From: Podarcis erhardii
Taxonomy: Eukaryota
Reading direction: 5' to 3' (one strand)
Length of the DNA: 64,000 bases
Assembly (NCBI GenBank): GCA_964252035.1
Contig: OZ176206.1
Shown: positions 55,851-64,000 of the stretch, in pieces
Layout: each line of letters begins with the position of its first letter
Numbering within the stretch: the first letter of the stretch is position 1
The notes under the pieces: generated by a model
What the model was told of the DNA's origin: nothing
What the model saw: only the letters and a program-made list of their open reading frames with translations
Databases searched by the model: none
Position numbers and translations under genes: made by a program

Positions 55851-57139
55851 CTATTATGTTTTGTACCTGATCTTAGTTGTCCGCTGACCTGGACCTCAGA
55901 CTGCCCCTTGCTTGAGCCTTTGTTGGGACCTCTGCTTGCGTGGAATTGAACCTTGAACTGGCTTTGGATGTTGCTGCTGTCTGTGTCCACAATATCTTTC
56001 ATTAAGTGAAAAATCTGCTGCAACCTGGGACACATCTAGGACAAGACAGGGCATTTCTTACTCTCTACAGACAAACTGTAGCTTGGAAACTTGCCTTAAT
56101 GTTAAGTTTGGATCTCCTGGGAGCAACCTGGCCATTGTGCCCCCATCTCCATGGAAGCAGACAAATTGCCCTCTGCAATATTCATTTCAGCCCCAAGAGT
56201 ATATTATTTTCTTGCAACAGGAAGCAGCCCTGAGCAACTTCCTTGTAATGGTTCCTCTTTTCTTAACATGTGCCTCTCTTAATTCAGACCAAGCAGTTTG
56301 GTAGCTATGGTTCTTTGGAGAAAATTATGTCTAGATGCCCGTGGGCTCTTGGGTGTTTCCTCTTTCGATGTGTGCTGAATGGAAAGTTTGTACTTAATTT
56401 CCTACCTTATCACTGAATCAACATCCATTTGTAACAGCTGGCACGGCCTCTGCCAATACGTCATAGTTAACGGAGGGGACAAGAAGAAAAGAAATAACCT
56501 CCTTTTCGCATTTGCTTAAGCGACCTAATTGCTCTTTAGAAAAGCAATGAATTAGTGTTTCAATTCACAAGGAGGTGTGGTGGGAGAGAGCAGATCTCTA
56601 CATCTGATCTAGTAGTGGCTTCTGTTTTGAAAGGAAGCACTTTGAATTACACTTCCTCCTGTCGCTTGGATGCAACCTCTCCTGCACTTTCTGCTAAGCA
56701 ACATTTGTCTGTGTTTGCAATTGCAGAAAGGAAGGAAATGCTGCTATCTTTTTAATATACAAAATGAACTTTGACAGAATGCTGGTTACTCCGTATTCTC
56801 CCCCCTCTCCTTGTGTCAAGTATTATTTCTTTGGATATTTGTATGCCAACTTTCAGAGCTATACAAACCCACCCCACCTCCCGGTTCGTATCATGAATTT
56901 TGCTTCAGTTCTAGATTTGTCAGATGTTAAAAAGGGTCTTGCAGCACTACTTCTGTGTGTGTGTGTTTCGGGGGACATTGTGTTGTCACATCGGGCCAAT
57001 CCAAAAGGTTCCTTCCTTCCACCAGAGGAAGAAGTCTTCTGTTGGAGGACGGGAACTTTTAGAGCAATATACTGCTTTGAAGATCTGCAAAAGCTGGTAT
57101 AAAAACCTCAAGTTGTAGTCAACTAAGGTATACTCAGAG

Positions 57140-57800
57140 GAGTTGTTGCTGTTGGCATTTGTCTTTCTTGAAAGACAATGGAGTGCACCTTTGAGGGTGA
57201 AGTCAAACAACAGAGTGCACCTTCGGGGGTGAAGTCAAACTGCTGGAGAACCACGGCACCTTCTGTGGCTGTGGAGACCATTAACTTGTAACTGCTGCCT
57301 CCCATGTTGTTTTTGCTGTGTTAGCAGCACCAAAGTGTCCTGTCTGGGGTGCAAGCTTGGGCAGGACGCATGGAGGTCCTGGGTTGCCCAGACAACAACA
57401 CCCCCCTCTCTGCCTCACTGATGTGGTCCAAAGCAGAACAATAAGTTTGGCACCAGCTTGGCTGCAGAAGTTTCCTGAAGGAGGGGTACAACAAGCCACC
57501 CAACTCTCTCAGAGACTCTCGATTTGTGTAGGGTTTACTCCTTAGCCTTTTCTTCTTCTGAAGATGTCTTGCAAGGCAGCAGGTATGGATTTTTCCTTGA
57601 GTTTTACTCCCCAAATCTTTCTCATGAATATGCATAGCCGCAAGGCACCCAAGTTTTAGCACCAGAGTTTTCCTTCTCTTAGACAGGATACCTTCCCAGG
57701 TTGAGGAGCCACATCTGCCCCTCATTTCCCTGTGCAGCACATGCAAAAACCACCTTCTTGACCATTGGACCCACTCTTGGTCCAGCCCATTGAAATTGGT
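57140..57800 (-). mobile_element. Degraded repeat resembling an RTE-clade 5' UTR
   Basis: Minus strand has ctgggaaggtatcctgtctaagagaaggaaaactctgg, a motif I associate with RTE 5' regions; recalled, not searched. Confidence 0.4.
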
Positions 57801-58110
57801 AGACCTCAGTGAAAAATGTCTACACATTTCAGTGGGTTTTACTCTGAGTAGAATTAACGCTGGATACAGCCCCTTGTAAATAAATCCCAGTGGACCCAGC
57901 AAAAAAAGATATAAGTCCACAGACACTGAAATAGGTCTATTCTCCTTCTCCCCTTCTTTCAACTTCTTCTGTGATGCTGGCACAGCAACAAAGAGACGTG
58001 TGCCAGGTAGCCTGGGGGCAGGATTGAGCTACTCATGTGTGGTCATGGATGTATGTATGTTCAGTTTGCCCTTGAAATGCAACAATTAAAAACATTTTTA
58101 AAAGTGAATA

Positions 58111-58156
<46 letters not shown>

Positions 58157-58157
<1 letters not shown>

Positions 58158-58273
58158 GAAGATGACGAGTGAGACCTCGTCGAAACGTCGCCTAGACACC
58201 CCAACTTTTACACGGGAAGACACCCGAGGACACCAAAACCTGCATTCCTGTACCCGTGAAAATCTACGAAAGC
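58157..58273 (+). mobile_element. Solo Penelope-like pseudo-LTR fragment with hammerhead core lacking the first C, inside a (TA)n array
   Basis: Identical to the 15 kb copy over the shared span; flanked by (TA)n on both sides; ends GAAAATCTACGAAAGC. Confidence 0.7.
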
Positions 58274-58935
58274 ATATATATATATATATATATATAAAGG
58301 GAGAGAGAATCCTAGTCCAATTCTTTGGATGGTTTCTCAAGCTCCTTTAGTAACTAATTTATGTTGGCTATCCTTTGGCAGGTTTGTATTAATTAATCTG
58401 TTGATAAAGCTTACCATCAGGGCATGACACCTGAGTAGGAAGCAAGAGGAACCTGAGACTGTGAAGGAAGGAATGCTGGTTGAAATAAGTGAAATTCCCA
58501 CTAGTGCTGGTTCAAATCATACATAAGAACTTAAGAGGAGCTGGCTGGATCAGGCCAATGGCCCATCTGCAGACTTCAGGATTTGCTCTCAACATTTACA
58601 GCTGAGCATTTGCCACAGAACCCCCCTGCTTTACATGTGTTCCTGGGTATATCTTCCACTGGCTAGACATACACTTGTTTACTTAGAGCACTAGACAAGT
58701 TTATTTAGGCTTCAGTAGGTAAACAGAAACCTTGTCATAAAACACTCCCAACACTACTCCGCAGCTAGCTGCTCATTGCAGGAGCAGGCATTAGCTCTGT
58801 GGGTGGAGCACATGTCTGGGATGCAGAAGGCCCCAGTTTTAATCCCTGGCATCTTCAGGTAGTGGTGGGGAAGGCTCTTGGCTCTGAAACCCGGGAGAGC
58901 TGCTTCCAATCAGTGTTGGGAATATTAAGCTAGAT

Positions 58936-59071
58936 CAGAGTTTCCCAGACTTGGGTCTCCAGCTGTTTTTGAACTCCAGTTCCCATCATACCTGACCACT
59001 GGCCTTGCTAGCTGGGGATGATGTAAGTTGTAGTCCAAAAACAGCTGGAGACCCAAGTTTGGGAAATCCTG
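58936..59071. mobile_element. Palindromic hAT MITE (~130 bp); related copies ~2842-2960, 11320-11445, 29897-30032, 38368-38494, 52577-52702
   Basis: 8-bp TSD AGCTAGAT (58928-58935, 59072-59079); near-perfect fold-back arms. Confidence 0.8.
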
Positions 59072-62000
59072 AGCTAGATCAATAAATAGCTGCCTTATAC
59101 AAATATACAAGGCCAATCTTCCTGTTGTTAGGTGCTCAAAAATAGCACTTTCTTGCTTTCTCCATCCTTCCAGTTGCTGTCCTGCAATCTGCTTGTGTTA
59201 CTTTTGGTTGTTTGTTTCTTTAGATTGCGTCATCCACAGGGGGCATATCTTCGTCTCAGCTGCCTCAGTTCAGAAAACACAAGGAGCTTTATTTTCAGCT
59301 ATTTCCTGGCTTTTCTGAGCAATTTGCCATCAATTTTCCTAATGGAAGAGTTAAATTAACTTTTATCACATTATTGCTTAGACCACAGCAGCACAAAGCA
59401 AAGTTACGAAATTTAAACCAGATGGCAGCAATTACAAGGACTTACCTTTAAAAACAGAACAATACTCGCTATTTAAAATTGATAATTAGCGAAACCATTC
59501 ATTGGATTTAATAAAATTAAAAGCATATATTAAAGCATTTTAAAACACATTCTTAAAATAACAAGCATTACTTATGCAGTGCAAAACATTATAAGCTTGT
59601 ATCAAGGTGCATTTCTCAGATTTTCAAATCTCCAGGGCAATTTGCAGCAGTATTACTGTAGCCACATACTTTCCTCTACATATAGCAGGTTTCCTGCAAA
59701 GGTTGCAACTGTTTGTTCCACATACTGATTAGTCGCTTTTAGCAAGAAACAGAGCTTCCTTTTAGCACCCCAAAATTTGATTTCCAGTGAAAGAGTCATG
59801 ACTACAACTGGCTGGTTGGCTTGACCAATAAGGAACTTTGAGCAATTCTTCCCTTAATTCCTTTCTAATGAAGCACCAAACTCCTTTGTTCCAGTCAGAT
59901 AACAAGCATATACAACTTAATGCTCCTAATGACAGGGAAGTTAATATCAAGCAAGCTTGGCAATGCCTATTTTCCAAGGAAACCTCATTCAGCTTCCAAG
60001 GGATTCAGGTGATTCCAGGAACACCTGTTTGAAAGCCACAGGACGGGAGATTCATTACAGTTTAATTTTACGTAGACAACCAGAGGAGTGGGTAAAAAAA
60101 AAATCTTTATTTTGTCGAAAGCTGTATTAAATGGACATATGGAAAGGTGAAAGTTAAATCAGGGGCCTATTATAAACTCCCAATCCCCACCACTTATTCG
60201 GCCAAGTTTTAATGTGAAATCTCATCTTATGCATATTTACCTGGAGGTTAGTTCCATTATGTTTAATGGAATGTACTCTCAGGTAATTCTACACAGGATA
60301 GCAGCATTAATAAAAATGAATGCATTTTTGTGCCTGGCTGTTCCTACTGTACACATACGCATTATCTAATTTTGGCAGAATGTGAGCGCCATCAGTTCTC
60401 TGTAAATGGTTTTGGTGAGTATGGAAAAAACCAACCTCTGGCTGTAGCAGCTAGTGGGTGTGGGCCTTTGTCGTGAGACTTGTCAACTGTTCTCCAGTCA
60501 GAATGAAATTGGGTGGGTAAACTGTTGCCACGGAAATAGATGCCTGTGGTTATTGCTGTGTGCAGGAGGGGTTTGTGTGCTTTTTGAAGTCGGAAAGTTG
60601 CTTTGAAAGCATGGGCCCTTTTTATATTGCTTCCCCACCCCTAACCGCCCTTCTGTCACAGTGCGTTGGTACCATTTATAGCTGCTACCTTTTTCAGCTG
60701 CACAACATTTCGATTCTGCAAAACACTTTGGGTCCTTATCATTTGAGGGGAGGGGAATCAAAGCAATCCGGTAAAGGAGATTACTGCTGTCCCCATTTTA
60801 CAGCTAGGGAAAGAAGGTTAAAGGCGACAGTGCCTTTCCCTAACACATAGTGGGGCTGTGGCAGGGACTATCAGGAGTGTTATCATTTATGTTGCATTTA
60901 TACCCCATCCAAGGAGCTCAGAGTTGTGTACATGGTTATGCCCTGCCTTATTTAATCCCCACAGCAACCCTGTGAGGTAGAGGTTGGCTGAGAGGCATTT
61001 ACTAGTCAGCAAGTGAGCTTCATGGCTGAGTGGAGATTTGAACTCTGGAATCCCAGGTCCTAGTCCAACCACTCTTAACCACTACACTAAACTGGCTCAT
61101 TTGACCTGGGGCAACACAGGCTCAAATGCCCACAGCCATGATATTCACTGGGTGATGTGTCTCTTGGCCTGACCTGGTTGTGAGGGGCAGGGTGGGGGAG
61201 AGGAACTATGTCCGCTGCCCTGATTGAGTAAGGGTGGAATAAACAATGTCATAAATATACAATATGTGGGATAGTGGAATTTAACTTGCAGGGTGAGTGT
61301 TGGGCATACAGACTTGCTGGCGATAGTACTTTCAGGGAGAAATGTTTCTTGTGAGGGTGGGGTAATGGGACAGAGGAGCACCCTGTCAGCAAGCATCAAA
61401 CTGCTTGCTGTTTCTGTTTTGCTTGAGTTCACAGAAACTTCCACATCTCTTTCAGCTATGTCTAAAAAGGGGAGGCTTTCTAAACTTCTGTTCCATAAAA
61501 GGAGTCCTCAGATCTCTTATCCGTCAACCATATTAAGGTAGATCTGCTATAAATGCCCCCAGATGCTAGTGTTTAAAGCAAATAAGCCAGTGTTTGCTGA
61601 ACATTCAGCAAGTATTGACCTGGTGTCAGCTAACAGATATAATCTTATAGGAAGATGGCAATCTTAAATCATTTTAGCACCCGGGGCAGAATGTGCAAAA
61701 GGTTCCTCCTCACAATAGCATGCTGGTTAAAGTCAGGAACCTCAGAGGCAGTGTTGGGAGGGTGTTTATGTGCTGTGAAAGCCTGGCCCCTTTCAGACCC
61801 CCCCCCCAAGTTAAAGTCCTCTTTCTCATAGATGGGCAAGGAAAAGCATGTAAGCAATTTCAGGGGGTGCCAGCTGTTGTTGTTATTATTATAGTTTATT
61901 AATTTATATGCTTCTTAACTGGCTTGACACCAGTTTGTGTAATTTCCTTACATTATATTTCTCTGTGTTGCAGATTACTGGGGGAAAATTACATCCCTCA

Positions 62001-63065
62001 GGATTGGCAGTCCCTAATGTAGCCCCGTGCAGCCGCCTGACATGTCACTTGCCTGTGTTGTTAAACATCTTGATTCAGCGGCTAATTTTCAGGGGGCAAC
62101 TTTTCTCCTTCATTGTACAATAAGCTTTTTGGTATCCTTATATGCTTCCTGTATTCTAGAATATGAGAGGTAATGAAAGGCTACCTCACTTTTGAGGACA
62201 CTGTTTGCAAAGAAGTAGAATTTTAAAATAGGTCACTGGAAACTTAAAAGGGATAATTGGGGTTATTGATTTGAACAGTTGTTAAGATCAGTTGCAAGTT
62301 AGCTTTGGCTGGAGGGAAAAAAAATCTATCCATGGGGCATAATGAGGAACCTGGTGATCATGAACAAATTGTGTATCTTAAGCTTGGAAAGGCACAAATT
62401 ATATTTGACTCCCACACTGGTCCGATAGCCTTCAGTGCACCCTGGGGCTAGCTTGCTTATGAAAATCGTTGTTATGAAAGTAATGTTCTTGCCTGGAACA
62501 AATTGTGAAGTTAGTAGGTTGAACAGTTTTCCGTTTGAGGTGCGAAGCTTACGTCCAACAACCTTGGCTGCGTGTAGATCGATAGAACCTTGATAGTTTG
62601 GTTTTTGATGGGGTACTCCCCGGGTCATTGCAGGCCAACAATGGCCAGTGATTACAAGAATCATAAGAAGAGCCCTGCTGGATCAGGCCAAAGGCCCATC
62701 TAGTCTAGCATCCTGTTCTCACAGTGGCCAAACAGATGCCTGTGGGAAGCCTACAAGCAGGACATGAATGCAACAGCGCTCTCCCTACCTGCAGTTCCCA
62801 GCAAGGGTCATCAGAAGCATGCTGCTTTGGAGATAGAATGGTTCCTGGGCCATTTGAACCTGTGAGCTGCACTCTGCCACGACACTGATGGATACTGCCT
62901 CTTCCTGCTTCCTCCATGCTTGGGTGTCTTGACAGCAATAAGCTGTATGAGTCAAACCCTTATGAAATATATAACACATTTAGTTGTGTGCTCTCTGGTT
63001 TTTTTGTTTTTTGTGCTTGCTTTTTGGTGTGCAAATATATCTCTAATTTGTAATATATCTCTAAT

Positions 63066-63427
63066 GGACCATAAAGAAGGCTGATTGCCGAAGAATTGAT
63101 GCTTTTGAATTATGGTGCTGGAGGAGACTCTTGAGAGTTCCATAGATAGAACCTATCTATTCTGAAGGAAATCAGCCCTGAGTGCTCACTGGAAGTACAG
63201 ATCCTGAAGCTGAGGCTCCAATACTTTGGCCACTTCATGAGAAGAGAAGACTCCCTGGAAAAGACCCTGATGTTGGGAAAGATGGAGGGCACAAGGAGAA
63301 GGGGACGACAGAGGACGAGATGGTTGGATAGTGTTCTCGAAGCTACCAGCATGAGTTTGACCAAGTTGCAGGAGGCAGTGGAAGACAAGAGTCGGACACA
63401 ACTAAACGACTAAGCAACAATAACAAC
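63066..63427 (+). mobile_element. 5'-truncated BovB 3' fragment with internal deletions
   Basis: Matches 46660-47070 of the full-length copy; 16-bp TSD ATATCTCTAATTTGTA at 63037-63052 and 63428-63443. Confidence 0.9.
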
Positions 63428-64000
63428 ATATCTCTAATTTGTAGTTAGGTATGTGATTATGAATTCCCAAAGTTACCGGTTACCAGTAAAGTAGCAGAGA
63501 ATGTGAAATGTTGCATGGAGAATCATCATCTGGGGTTAATTTTTCTATAGTCGTTACACATCTTTTCCTCTCCCTGTCCTACCTGGGAATGCGGGTGGGT
63601 ATCCCCAGTCCATTAAAACTAAACACAACCCTTTATGGTGATATAATACTGAGATTCATGCACAAAACAAATCCATGGTTTTAAACCATGGCTTGGTGTT
63701 ATTTGTGAATCCTGCCCATCAGTTTAACTATGGTTTGTTTACTGCTTACAGACCTTGGTTTTCTTTAGCTATGGTTTTGCGTTACATACAAACCCAGCAC
63801 TCATCTTCAACCATGGCTTGCTTAGCCATCCCACACCAGACATTCACAGAGCTGAAAAGGTTCTAGGTAACCAGTAGTTGAAAAATGAACTAGAAATTTT
63901 GGAGAAACAAGCCACGGTTTGTTTGTGGGGTAACTCATGGCTTGTTTAACAAACCGTGGATTAGCTTTAGAGCAAACCTGTCCAGTATTTAATTTCTGAG

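Noticed and set aside
57181-57240. Direct repeats as a CRISPR-like array
   Set aside because: Only two units separated by 4 nt, in vertebrate DNA; a simple tandem duplication.
57321-57983. 220-aa minus-strand ORF beginning MPASQKK
   Set aside because: Runs through a degraded repeat, has no motif, and is on the wrong strand for ADCY7.

Overview
Vertebrate genomic DNA, AT-rich and repeat-rich. The Sauria SINEs, BovB, CR1 and L2 point to a squamate, most likely a lacertid lizard. The first 26 kb hold coding exons 2-12 and the ~2.8 kb 3' UTR of TENT4B (PAPD5, non-canonical poly(A) polymerase) on the + strand; exon 1 lies upstream of the window. The 11 exons splice in frame (1501 nt, GT-AG throughout) and end in ...[18 protein letters not shown] CpG island with a strong splice donor at ~36.3-37.0 kb looks like the promoter and non-coding first exon of the next gene (ADCY7 by recalled amniote synteny; no coding exon of it was recognised). 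The rest is mobile DNA, including a full-length ORF-intact BovB LINE with a 10-bp target-site duplication. The most interesting signals, all read by eye and untested: (1) an HDV/CPEB3-like ribozyme fold at the 5' end of the BovB; (2) Penelope-like terminal repeats with young and CpG-decayed minimal hammerhead motifs in TENT4B intron 7 and at 58.2 kb; (3) several routes to alternative TENT4B C-termini.
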